Shown here piece by piece: positions 1-12,437 of a DNA stretch of 64,000 nucleotides (position 1 is its first letter; every line of letters begins with the position of its first letter). Under the pieces are notes generated by a model. The model ran no database searches. It had not been told where the DNA came from and saw only the letters and a list, made by a program, of their open reading frames with translations. A program made the position numbers and the translations under genes. Source of the stretch: Octopus vulgaris (Eukaryota); NCBI GenBank assembly GCA_951406725.2, contig OX597822.1:45942001-46006000 (forward strand), written 5' to 3'.

Positions 1-75
1 ACCAATTTGTTTACATTACCATCACATATGTATCAATCATTTTCGCATCCTAAACCGATGCATCTATCTATATTC

Positions 76-126
76 GCATTCTGAAGAGATTTACTTACCC
101 CAGTAAATTGAAATGATCATAAATGC
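76..126 (+). ncRNA. Type I hammerhead ribozyme motif, canonical core
   Basis: gcatt-CTGAAGA-gatttact(tacccc)agtaaatt-GAAA-tgatca-TA-aatgc. All three stems pair. Predicted cleavage after 121. Confidence 0.85.
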
Positions 127-596
127 CACCCTCATCTCTTCTTCTTACTTCTTTGTTACCTATATCTAATTAAAGACATGCCAGTGTAAACCATGAGTTT
201 CCCATTGTTATCATATCCATTTTCTCCTTTTATATATATATACGAGAAAGGTTGAGTTCAATTAGAATATTTTTATTTTGTGGGGTCCAAAGTTAGATTT
301 CTAATAAAGATTCTTCATATTAAATTTGTAGCTTACTATTGTAAGCATTTTATTAAAAATATGAAAATTATACAAGTATAAGGTGTATTATGAGCATTTA
401 TAGAGCACAGTCCTATATAAATTCAACAAAACAATTTAAGATGGAGAAGAGATGTTAAAAGTTTGATAGCCTTTTAATCCATTAAAATGTTATCAAACTT
501 TGAACATCTTTTCTTCTCCATCTTTAATGGTTTGTTGAGATGATACAGGACTGTGTTTTATAAATGTTCATAACACATCAAATACTTATATATATG

Positions 597-658
<62 letters not shown>

Positions 659-676
659 ATATGTGTGTGTATGTAT

Positions 677-715
<39 letters not shown>

Positions 716-1239
716 ACAGAGTTATTAGTGAGAGATTATCAATCTGGGCAAAATACTTTATAAGCTTTCTGTTGGTACACCATGCTAACAATAATGTTTA
801 GATTATGAAAGAACTCTGTGTGTTCTTGTGGTAGGGTCTGAGGTCATAGTTTATCACCATTCTGTATTGTGAATCCATGATTGTGTTCCAGTTAGACTGG
901 TTTTAAGTCAGAGCGATATACAAGACAAAGGTATAAATAATGGTCATTACATATTTTTCTTTATTGCAGTAAACATGACTTGCAGCTGTTTCCAGTGGTC
1001 ATCATAGGTTTGTTATTGATAGGTTTATTCAAATGGCCCCTTGATCAATTGAAAAAAGTTGAACAACCTAAAGACATTAATGCTGCTTTCATTAGAGTCA
1101 TTTCTGATTATAACAAACAGAACACTGAAGGAAGAGTGCTTGTCAATAATGAACCTACAATGACTACCAGAAACATCTGTAAGCCAAATTTACTACAATA
1201 TGAAAAAAAATGTAATGGCCATTATTTATACCTTGTATG

Positions 1240-1279
<40 letters not shown>

Positions 1280-1529
1280 TATATATACACACATATATAC
1301 ATATATATATAATCCAACCCATGCTAGCATGGAAAGCGGACATTAAATGATGATGATGATACATATATATACACACATATATATGCATATATACTCATAG
1401 ATATACATACATACATATACATACACACACACACACATATACATATACATATATATACACATACACACACACATATATTTATACACACACACACACACAT
1501 ATATATATCAAAAGGATATGTTATGATTC

Positions 1530-2254
1530 TATTCCACACCCATACCAACAATCCAACATACCTCCATCATCAGTTGCTCCTCAGATATCATTATGGTTTC
1601 GACACCTAGGCGGTACCATTCGATCTGGCGATTTCAACAGCACTAAAATAAGTGTTGTTTGGGAACAAACAAACCAAAGAAGGGAACTTCATGGGGAAAA
1701 GGTTCTTCTCTCTATCTGGTGGGATTGCAAAGGAGTAATTCACTTTGAATTGTTGCCACCTAATGCAACAATCAATACTCAATGTACTTTCCCTGGTTAT
1801 CAGCAATTAGAGCGTTTGAACCAAGCTTTGAAGAAAAGAAGACCCGCTTTAGTGAATCAAAAAGGAGTGATGTTTCATCAGGAAAATGCGTGACCCCACA
1901 CTACAAAGATCACATCACAGAAGATTGAAGAGCTTGGTTGGGAAAAAAACCTCTCATCCACCTTATTCTCCCGACCTTAACTCCTTCAAACTACCATTTG
2001 TTTCTTAGTTTACAGAATCATTTGGGGGACATAACTTTCACAAAGCAGGAGGAGGTCGAAACTGGCATTTCAGAGTTCTTTGCTTTGAAACCAAAAGAGT
2101 TATACATTGATGGGATTAAAAAGCTTGTAAATACATGGAAGGAAGTCATAGATAACTAGGGAAAGTACATTGATGATTAAATTTCAATTAAATATAACAT
2201 TTGATCATTTGTTTGCTTTATTCAAAATTTGGATAGAATTTATGGGATGACCTG

Positions 2255-2256
<2 letters not shown>
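1530..2256 (+). mobile_element. Decayed mariner (DD34D-type) transposon, 3' half
   Basis: Disrupted frame KKVLLSIWWDCKGVIHFELL...VMFHQENA*PH...YHLFLSLQNHL. Terminal repeat atttatgggatgacctgata. Confidence 0.88.
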
Positions 2257-2317
<61 letters not shown>

Positions 2318-2890
2318 TATATAGACATATACTATGCAATATAATTGCTTCTCAGATGTGCTTTGTACTTTTTTGCTTAGAACAGTGCTTCTGATTTCTT
2401 TTAATTACTAAAAATTAAATTACTGGAAATTTGTTATCTTCGAGGTCGTTGCCAGTGCAACTGGACTGGCTCCTGTGCAGGTGGCACATAAAAAACTCCA
2501 TTTGAGTATGTCCACTGCTTGACTGGCCCTCGTGCCAGTGACACATAAAAGCACCCACTACACTCTCAGTGTGGTTGGCATTAGGAAGGGCATCCAGCTG
2601 TAGAAACTCTGCCAGATCAGATTGGAGCCTGGTGCAGCCATCTGGCTCGCCAGTCCTCAGTCAAACCATCCAACCCATACCAGCATGGAAAGCGGATGTT
2701 AAACGATGATGATGATGATGATGATACATACACCCACTACACTCACGGAGTGGTTGGCGTTAGGAAGGGCATCCAGCTGTAGAAACATTGCCAGATCAGA
2801 CTGGGCCAGGTGCAGCCTTCTGGCTTCCCAGACCCCGGTCGAGCTGTCTAACCCATGCTAGCATGGGAAGCGGACGCTAAACGATGATGA

Positions 2891-2931
<41 letters not shown>

Positions 2932-2932
2932 T

Positions 2933-2964
<32 letters not shown>

Positions 2965-3995
2965 CAATATAAGGGTAGCAAAAAATTCAATAGAAATTTT
3001 TTCGGCACCAGCGGTCTTGTGAGAAAGAAAAAATAGTCAATGGACTATATAATGTACATTCAACAATAATATTAAGGAATGGCCTTAATAGGCCATTCAA
3101 CTCACTAAAACGAGCAGCTAAACTCAAACCGCTAAATAGTAGTAATTCAGAAATCAAAGGAAAATTAAAAACATTTACCCTAATCATCTTTGGACTATGC
3201 ATAGTTTCAACGTACTTTTAGGTAAACCAGCCTAACCAAATTAAATTTAATTTAATCAAGTCAATTTACCACTGGCCCATCTCATCGGCAAAGAAGCCAG
3301 GAGGAATAAATATTCCACGAGGCAACAGCATCGATGCCTTGGGAATATATACTGGTTTATATAGGCTGGTCTACCAAAAAGTATGTCGAAACTATGCATA
3401 GTCCAAAGATGATTAGGGTAAATGTTTTTAATTTTCCTTTGATTTCTAAATTACTACTATTTAGCGGTTTGAGTTTGGCTGCTCGTTTTATTGAGTTGAA
3501 TGGCCTATTAAGGCCATTCCTTAATATTATTGTTGAATGTACATTATATAGTCTGTTGACTATTTTTTCTTTCTCACTAGACCGCTGGTGGCAAAAAAAT
3601 TTCTATTGAATTTTTTGCTACCCTTATATTGATTAATTAATGATTTTTTGCTAATTCTGAAATTAAATCAGCAGTTTATATTTGCTGCTGATAAGTTGGC
3701 GCGATGACAGTAGATTTTGAAAATTTAGAGTATATATTCCCAAGGCACCAATGCTGTTGCCTCGTGGAATATTTATTCCTCCTGGCTTCTTTGCCGATGA
3801 GTGGTAAATTGACTTGATTAAATTTAATTTAATTTAATTAGGCTGGTTTACCCAAAAGTACGTCGAAACTATGCATAGTCCAAAAATGTTTTTAATTTTC
3901 CTTTGATTCTGAATTACTACTATTTAGCGGTTTGAGTTTAGCTGCTCGTTTTAGTGGGTTGAATGGCCTATTAAGGCCATTCCTTAATATTATTG
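2965..3995. mobile_element. Second Penelope-like/retrozyme element: inverted copy plus partial tandem (~480-bp period), in (TA)n
   Basis: 2965-3351 is inverted relative to 3361-3632 and 3729-3995. ctatgcatag recurs at 3392 and 3869. Mirrored ORFs 2987..3202 and 3334..3609. Confidence 0.72.
3187..3294 (-). ncRNA. Type I hammerhead ribozyme motif with long stem II (core variant CCGAUGA)
   Basis: tctttg-CCGATGA-gatg/ggccagt...gctggtt/cgtt-GAAA-ctatgcatag-TC-caaaga. Stem III is palindromic; cleavage triplet GUC. Confidence 0.75.
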
Positions 3996-4063
3996 TTATA
4001 TATATATATATATATATATCATCATCATCATCATCATCATCGTTTAGCGTCCGTTTTCCATGC

Positions 4064-4100
<37 letters not shown>

Positions 4101-4221
4101 ATATATATATATATATTATATACATATATATATATGTATATACAGATATATATATACATACACATATATATATATATACACACACATACACACACAAACA
4201 TATATATATATATATGTATAT

Positions 4222-4265
<44 letters not shown>

Positions 4266-4266
4266 G

Positions 4267-4323
<57 letters not shown>

Positions 4324-4356
4324 GTACATACAGACAGATATACATGCATGCATGCA

Positions 4357-4388
<32 letters not shown>

Positions 4389-4760
4389 CTCTTTTACTTG
4401 TTTCAGTCATTTGACTGTGGCCATGCTGGAGCACCGCCTTTTGTTGAACAAATCAACCCCAGGACTTATTCTTTGTAACCCTAGAATTTATTCTATCGGC
4501 CTCTTTTGCCGAACCGGTTGTCAAGCAATGTTGGGGGGAAAACACAGACACACAAACACACACACGCATATATACACCTACATATATACAACAGGCTTCT
4601 TTCAGTTTCTGTCTACCAAATCCATTCACAAGGCTTTGGTCAGCCCGAGGCTATAGTAGAAGACACTTGCTCAAGGTGCCACGCAGTGGGACTGAGCCCT
4701 GAACCATGTGGTTGGTAAGCAAGCTACTTACCACATGGCCACTCCTGCAATATATATATA

Positions 4761-5040
4761 AAGCCTTTGATTACACTTCCAAGTTGCAGGAACATGTCAT
4801 TGCTCACCTGAAAAAGCTGATTCATAAGTGGTGCCAATATTGCAAGGAAGCATTTGATAATATAGATAAGTGGCACATACCCTTGATAGCAGAATGTGCA
4901 GATAAATATTTTGCAAATGTTTGAACTGTGAAGAGACATTTTGCTGCCAATACACTATTTCAAAAAACCTTTTGCATGTGATACATGCGCAGATGCATTT
5001 TCCAGCTGCTCTGCCCTGACAATGCATCAGTAAAACATAA
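4761..5040 (+). pseudogene. C2H2 zinc-finger array relic
   Basis: KAFDYTSKLQEHVIAH...CQYCKEAF... and IHYFKKPFACDTCADAFSSCSALTMHQ*, with stops and frameshifts. Confidence 0.6.
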
Positions 5041-5158
5041 TATACTTTACTTTTATTTGTTAAGCATATCTCTACAGACTTCCTAGAGAGTTTAGAGCCA
5101 GCTCTGAAAGTTATATTTTGTATATGAATACATCTATGTAAATAATGCAATAGAATAT

Positions 5159-5210
5159 AGGTGTATATACATATTTCAAGAGCTGTTGGTCCCTCATCAG
5201 TATTACATCC
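5159..5210 (-). ncRNA. Type I hammerhead ribozyme motif (canonical core, weakened stems)
   Basis: ggatgtaata-CTGATGA-ggga(ccaacagc)tctt-GAAA-tatg-TA-tatacacc. Confidence 0.6.
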
Positions 5211-7074
5211 AACCCATTAACTATCTCCAAATACATTGCTTATCTAACCACTAAGTTTAGTGATGTAACACAAATGGATGAAGCAATTTTCCATATTATT
5301 TTTACTTTTATAAATACTAGGAAAGTACCCTTGGGTTGTAGGGTGACATGCCATGCATGAGGAAACCTATTGAGTCAAGTACATCAACATCGAAATGAAA
5401 TCAAATTACAATCAAATGGAATTTGTAGTTGAGGTCCCTACGCCAGCGGTACATAAAAAGCACCATCCAAGCATGGCTGATGCCAATCCCCTTACCCCAA
5501 CTGATTTCTGTGCCAGTGGCATGTAAAAAGCACCATCGGAATGTGGTCAATGCCAGCACCATTTTGACTGGCTCCTGTCCGGTGGCACGTAAAAAGCACC
5601 ATCTGATCGTGGTCGATGTCAGCCTCCACTGGCCTCTGTGCCAGTGGCACGTAAAAAGCACTCACTACACTCTTGGAGTGGTTGGTGTTAGGAAGGGCAT
5701 CCAGCAGTAGAAGCATTGCCAGATCAGATTGGAGCCTGGTGCAGCCTCCTGGCTTTTCAGACCCTAGTTGAACCATCCAATCCATGCCAGCATGGAAAAC
5801 TGACGTTAAACGATGATGATGATGATGACAATGATGATAGGAAACACTTGTATGTGTACCAAAGAGAGGAATCAGCAACATCTTGCAAAATAGCTGTTCA
5901 AAAGTTGTTTCTACACAGCAACATTCTCCAGTTGCTACAATCTATTGAAACATTGCTGTGATATGCTGATTAACACAATTTGATAGGTTTATCAGTTGCT
6001 GTGTATGATTAGATCCAAGGAATCTTGTATGGATTCAGTCTTGGGATGGGCTACTTGGCACAGTTTGATGGTGACAGTAGTAGCTGTATATAAATAAGTA
6101 TTGTGCTGTGTGTGAGTGTGTATTTGTTATCAAGATGAATGGTAATATGCTGTACTTAAGAAAACTTGTCCATTTGAGCAAAAGTGAGTTCCTGTCAAGC
6201 CTTCCCCTACGACTCATCTTGTAACGCTCATTCATCCATCAGTCTTCTGCCGGACCCTATTTTCTTCCTTCACTTCTCCTCCACTGAACTCAATCCCCAT
6301 CTCTAATCTCTGTCACACTATTCTCGCACCCACGCACTCACCTCCCTGACCACCTTTTCTGCTCCTCTATCTTATTCTGTCTTATATATTCACTTTGTAC
6401 TTCGACCTCACATCTCTCTCTATGAAAGAGTCATGAGGCCTTGTATGCATACATACATACATATACATATACAGGTGTATGTGTATAAAGATTTGATAGC
6501 CTTCAATAAATGTATAAAATCTATCATCTGTGTGTATTTTTAATACACACACACATTTACATATATTCCGTCCAACCTATGCAAGCATGGAAAAGTTGAT
6601 CTTAAAATTATATATATATCATCGTCATCGATTAATGTCCGTTTTCCATTCTGGCATGGGTTGGACGATTTGACTGAAAACTAGTAAGTTAAGGAGCTGC
6701 ACCAGGCTCCAAACTGACTTGGCAAGGCTTCTACAGCAGGATGTCCTTCCTAACGCCAACCACTTCAAGAGTGTAGTAGATGATTTTATTTGTCACCAGC
6801 ATGGGTGCCATTGACCTGACACCGGCATCAGCCAAGACTACGGTCTCACTTGGCTTGACAAGTCTACACAAGCACAGCATATCACCAAAGGTCTTGGTCA
6901 CTTGTCACTGCCTCCATGACGTCCAGCACAGGTGCCAGTCAGACAGCACTGGCTTTGGCCACGACTATGATTTTCCTGGCTTGACAGATCTTCTCAGCAC
7001 AGTATATCGCCCTACATTTGAAAGGTGCTTTTTATGTGCCAGTTACGTGACACACACACACATATATGTTTGTA

Positions 7075-7121
<47 letters not shown>

Positions 7122-7125
<4 letters not shown>

Positions 7126-7508
7126 GAGTGGCTGTGTGGTAAGTAGCTTGCTTACCAACCACATGGTTCCAGGTTCAGTCAAACTGTATGGCACCTTGGG
7201 CAAGTGTCTTCTACTATAGCCTTGGGCCGACCAAGGCCTTGTGAGTGGATTCGGTAAACAGAAACTGAAAGAAGCCTGTTGTATATATGTATATGTATAT
7301 ATATGTGTGTGTGTTTGTCCCCCAAACATCACTTGACAACCGATGCTGGTGTGTTTACGTCCCCATAACTTAGTGGTTCGACAAAAGAGGTCAATAGAAT
7401 AAGTACTAGGCTTACAAAGAATAAGTCCTGGAGTTGATTTGCTCGACTAAAGGCGGTGCTCCAGCATGCCCACAGTCAAATGACTGAAACAAGTAAAAGA
7501 GTAAAAGT
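7122..7508 (+). mobile_element. tRNA-derived SINE family B
   Basis: Head gtggctgtgtggtaag...ggttcagtc (pol III A/B-box-like). Copies at 4388-4748(-), 10140-10740(+), 25120-25470(-), 28688-28920(+), 37410-37890(-) and 63280-63597(+). Confidence 0.8.
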
Positions 7509-8539
7509 TATATATATATAAACACACATATATATGTATGCGTGTGTGCTTGGTGGAACAAGCAGGAGAAACAGAACTGAATACATAAATGCATTCATTG
7601 CTTTTGAGGAGTGGGGGACGGATGATTTATGAGAGTTGCTTAAGAGTTCCAGGCATGGCACTTACCAAACAATTACAACTTTTCTGCTGATTAAAGAACA
7701 AAGTGTGTGTGTGCATGTGTGTGTGTTTAAGCTATAAGATAAAATAAAACGAAATATAAACCACAAGTTTATATAAATTAAAATAAATGGTAATTAAGTC
7801 AGTTTAATTAGTCGAGAAGCTGGCAGAAGCATTAACACATCATCATCATCATCGTCGTCGTCGTCATCATCATTCAATGTCCGTTTTCCATGCTGGTATG
7901 GGTTGGGTGGTTAGATGGGAGTTGGCAAGCCAGAGAGTTCGGCTAGGGTCTAGTCATCTGTTACGGTATGGTTTTTAGAGCCGGATGCCCTTCCTAACAC
8001 CAACCACCTTACACAGTGTACCTGGGTGTCTTTAACATGGCACCAACACAGGTGCTCTTTTGTGGTGCCTTTTACGTGACGCCAATATGGGTGCCTTTTA
8101 TGTGGTGTTAGCACAGGTGCCATCATGTGGTGCCAGCACAGGTGCCAGCACAGGTGCCACAACAAAAAACTCAACTGCATTTCTTCTGGCTGTTTACATT
8201 CTGAGTTCAAATGCTGCCAAGGTAGACTTTGCCTTTCATCCTTTCATCCTTTCATCAACTATCCCCAAACCCCACCACCACCATCACCATCAAAATTCTG
8301 ACCTTGGGCTAAAATTAGAAAGTATAAGTGAAAATAAATGTATAATAAAATAAAATCATATTTTTAATAAATATATTTCATTATTTGTTTTCTTTTTAAG
8401 TCTTATTGTTTACATAAATTACATTCTGATTTAGCTGTTTATATTAATTAGCATTCTGATATGGCCATACAAAATTATTGAGCATTTTCAGAAATTCTTA
8501 CCTGAAAATACAGCAGTGAGTTTGGTTTCAAATATATTT

Positions 8540-8847
8540 ACACATGTGCACACATGCATGCACATGCACACATGTATGCACATATGCATACTAACGCACA
8601 TATGCAGATACAGACATATATACAAATACAGATGCACACACACACACACACACCATATACAGATATACACACACACATACACGTGCAGATACAGACATAT
8701 ATACACATACACATCACACACACATACACATTTGCACACACATATGCAGATACAGACATATAAACATACAAACACACATGCTCACACACACATACACGCT
8801 CCCACACACATATCACACACACATTCACACACACACATGCAAATACA

Positions 8848-8903
<56 letters not shown>

Positions 8904-9455
8904 CAAACACACACATGCAGATACAGACATATATACACATGCAAATACACACACACATACCACATACACATACACATGCAGATACAGACATATATATACA
9001 CATTCAAACACACACACTGCACACACATACACACTCACACACACATGCAGATACTGACATAAACACATACAAACACACATACATGCACACACACACCACA
9101 CAAACATTCACACACACACACACATGCAGATAGACATATACACATACAAACACACAGACACACACATACACACACACCATACACACACACCATACACACA
9201 CACACACCACATGCACACACACATACACACATGCAGATAGATATATACACATACACACACACAGACACACACATACACACACACACACACCACACACACA
9301 TGCAGATACACACACACCACATGCACACACACACATGCAGATACACACACACACACATGCAGATAGACATATACACATACAAACACACATATACACACAC
9401 TTATACACACACACGCACGCACACACATGCACACACATACATCATATACACATAC
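8540..9455. repeat. Compound CA-rich micro/minisatellite with recurring cacatgcagata(c/g)a unit
   Basis: Seen directly in sequence. Confidence 0.95.
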
Positions 9456-9656
9456 AAACTTTTTGTCAACCAACTCAACATTGCATTCTGGATCCATTGT
9501 AAATCGTGACAGAAACGATGTTCCCCACCCATTTTCATGAAGGAAAAACACAAGGAAATGTCAGAACTTCATTATTAATCTCTATTCTATATAAATATGC
9601 TTTATAAGAAAATAAACCCTGAAATTGTGTATGTTGGGTTGTTGTGTATTATCAGC

Positions 9657-9975
9657 TGTGGAGGCACAATGGCTTAGTGGTTAGTGCAACAGACTTGTGG
9701 TCATAGGTTTGCGGTTTCGATTCCCATACAGGCGTTGTGAATGTTTATTGAGCAGAAACACTTTCTCTCACTCTTTCTTCCTGTTCCTGTTGTACTTGTA
9801 TTTCAAAGGGCCAGCCTTGTCACATTCTGTGTCACGCTTAATCTCTCTGAGAACTACATTAAGGGTATACATGTCTGTGGAATACTCAGCCACTTGCACG
9901 TTAATTTCACAAGCAGGCTGTTCTGTTGATCGGATCAAGTGGGACCCTCATCATCGTAACCGACAGAGTGCCGTT
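9657..9975 (+). mobile_element. tRNA-derived SINE family A
   Basis: tggcttagtggttag...gtttcgattccc A/B boxes. Copies at 30341-30717, 32262-32760 and 54360-54572. Confidence 0.8.
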
Positions 9976-10946
9976 TATCAACTGTTCTCAGTCTTGGTTT
10001 GGCTGTGTAGGTTAGAAGCATGGGGTCTTGGGTTCAATTTCTCTGTGAGGCAGCTTATGTAAACATCTTCTATTATAGACCCTGGCCAACCAAAGCCTTG
10101 CGAGTGAGTTTTGTTGAGGAATACTGAAAGAAGCCTATTGAGGGCACGGCTGTGAGGTAAAAAGTGTGTTTCCCAACCACATGGTTCTGGGTTCAGTCCC
10201 ACTGTGTGGCACCTTGAGCAAATGTTTTCTACTATATAGCTCCAGGCAGACCAAGTCTTGTAAATGAATTTGGTAGAGGGAAACAGAAAGAAGCTTGCTA
10301 TGTGTGTGTGTGTGTGTCTTTGTATGTATATATGTTTGTATCTGCATGTATATGTGTGTGTGATGTGGTGTGTGTGTGTATGTGTGTTTGTATGCGTATG
10401 TATGTCTTATCAACATGTGTGTGTGCGTGTTTGTGTATGTATTTATGCGTGCTTGTATGTATCTGTGTGTCTGTGTATTTGTATGTGTTTCGTGTGTATG
10501 TATATGCATATGTGCATGCATGTGTGTGTGTATGTTGTGACATTCTTTGTCCCCACCACTACCATCACCACCACTGCTTTATAACTTGTATTGGTGAATT
10601 TACATTCTTGTAACTTAGCAGTTGGACAAAAGAAACCGATAAAATAAGTACCAAGCGCAATTCAATCAACTAAAAATTCTTCAAGGCAATGCTCCAGCAT
10701 GGCCGCAGTCAAATGATTGAAACAAACACGAGATTGAAGATATAGGTATTCTTTTGTTCTTTTGTTCATATATTTGTTTCAGAGCACCGCCTTTAGTCGA
10801 ACAAATCGACCCCAGGACTTATTCTTTGCAAGCTTAGTACTTATTCTATCGTTTACTTTAGCCAAACTGCTAAGTTACAGGGATGTAAACACTCCAACAT
10901 TGGTTGCCAAGCGATGGTGGGGGGGGGGACAGATACAGACACACAA

Positions 10947-10984
<38 letters not shown>

Positions 10985-11106
10985 GCGCGCGCACACACAC
11001 ACACACACACACATATAGTTGGAATTTACAAAAAACAAAAGACAAAGACAAGTGTATAAACAACAAAAGAGGTGTATTAGTTTAATGCTTGGGAAGGTGA
11101 GAAAGT

Positions 11107-11142
11107 CTTTTACATTTCGAGCCTATGCTCTTCAACAGAAAG
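11107..11142 (-). ncRNA. Minimal hammerhead-like motif (gagc/gctc family), core CTGTTGA
   Basis: cttt-CTGTTGA-a-gagc(atag)gctc-GAAA-tg-TA-aaag. Related copies at 20212-20246(-), 23124-23159(+) and 62563-62597(-). Confidence 0.55.
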
Positions 11143-11224
11143 GAACATGAGAAAATAAACAGAGAAGGAATAAAAAAAGCTTTAGTGGTTAAAAAAAGCT
11201 GATATATATATATATATATATATA

Positions 11225-11840
11225 GGAAAACCTGGGACGAGGTGGTGAAGCACGACCTTCGAACTTTAGGTCTCACCAAGGAAATGACTAGAGACTGAGA
11301 CCTATGGAAGTATGCTGTGCGTGAGAAGACCCGGCAAGACTAGTGAGAACATAACCTGTGGCCTACATACTTTTCCTTCTTGGGACACAAAACTCCACTT
11401 GTGAAGACCCGTTGAGGCAAGTGAAAATCAAAATCAAAATCAAACCAAATCAAATCCGATATCAGAAAGCAGAACCAAAATCGAAGTCAATCAACATCAA
11501 TGGAAATTGCAGCTGTGGTACCAGTGCTGGTGACAAGTAAGCGAGCCATCCGATCGTGGCCGTTGCCAGCGCCGTCCCGACTGGCCTCCGTGCTGGTGGC
11601 ACGTAAAAGCACCATCCGTTCATGGCTGTTGCCAGCCTCGCCTGGCCCCCGTGCCGGTGGCACGTAAAAAGCACCCACTACACTCACAGAGTGGTTGGCG
11701 TTAGGAAAGGCATCCAGCCGTAGAAACACTGCCAGATCAGACTGGGCCTGATGCAGCCTTCTGGCTTCACAGACCCCAGTTGAACCGTCCAACCCATGCT
11801 AGCATGGAAAGCGGACGCTAAATGATGATGATGATGATGA
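11225..11840 (+). mobile_element. RTE LINE 3' end/3'UTR with (GAT)n tail (very abundant family)
   Basis: KTWDEVVKHD followed by gtggcacgtaaaaagcacc subrepeats and ggaagggcatccagc...cccatgc(t/c)agcatggaaagcggac...(gat)n. Other copies near 2440-2893, 5330-5838, 6620-7050, 7840-8160, 13910-14318, 18968-19628, 29160-29543, 60935-61455 and 62930-63270. Confidence 0.8.
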
Positions 11841-12437
11841 TATATACGATGGGCTTCTTTCAATTTCTGTCTACCAAATCCATTCACAAGGCTTTGGCTG
11901 GCCTGAGGCTATAATAGAAGACACTTGCCCAAGGTGCCATAGAATGGGACTGAACCTGGATATATCATCATTGTAGAGGTGTGTGGCTTGGTGGTTAGGG
12001 TATTGGATTCGTGATCAATTGTGGTTTCAATTCCTCGACCAGATGATGTGTTCTGTTCTTGAGCAAAACACTTCATTTTACATTGGTCCAGTCCACTGAG
12101 CTGGCCAAAATTAGTAATCTTACAATGGACCAGCATCCCATCCAGGTATGAAATATATAACACCATGAAACCAGGAAACTGGCTTTATGATTCAGCTTGT
12201 CTCAAAAATTTAACTTTACCTTTTACCTTATATTCCCCTCCTCCTCCTCCTCCTCATCATCATCATCATCATCATTATTAGTTAACATCCATGTTTTATG
12301 CTGGCATGGGATGGATAGTTTAACAGGATTTGATGGGCCCAAGGCCTGCATCATGCTCCAGTCTCTGCTTTGGCAGGGTTTCTACAACCGGACGTTCTTC
12401 TTAATGCCAAACACTTTACAGTGTTAACCAGTATGTA

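Noticed and set aside
5440-5670. Regularly spaced gtggcacgtaaaaagcacc repeats resembling a CRISPR array
   Set aside because: They are internal subrepeats of an abundant RTE 3'UTR; the spacers are related to each other and there are no cas genes.
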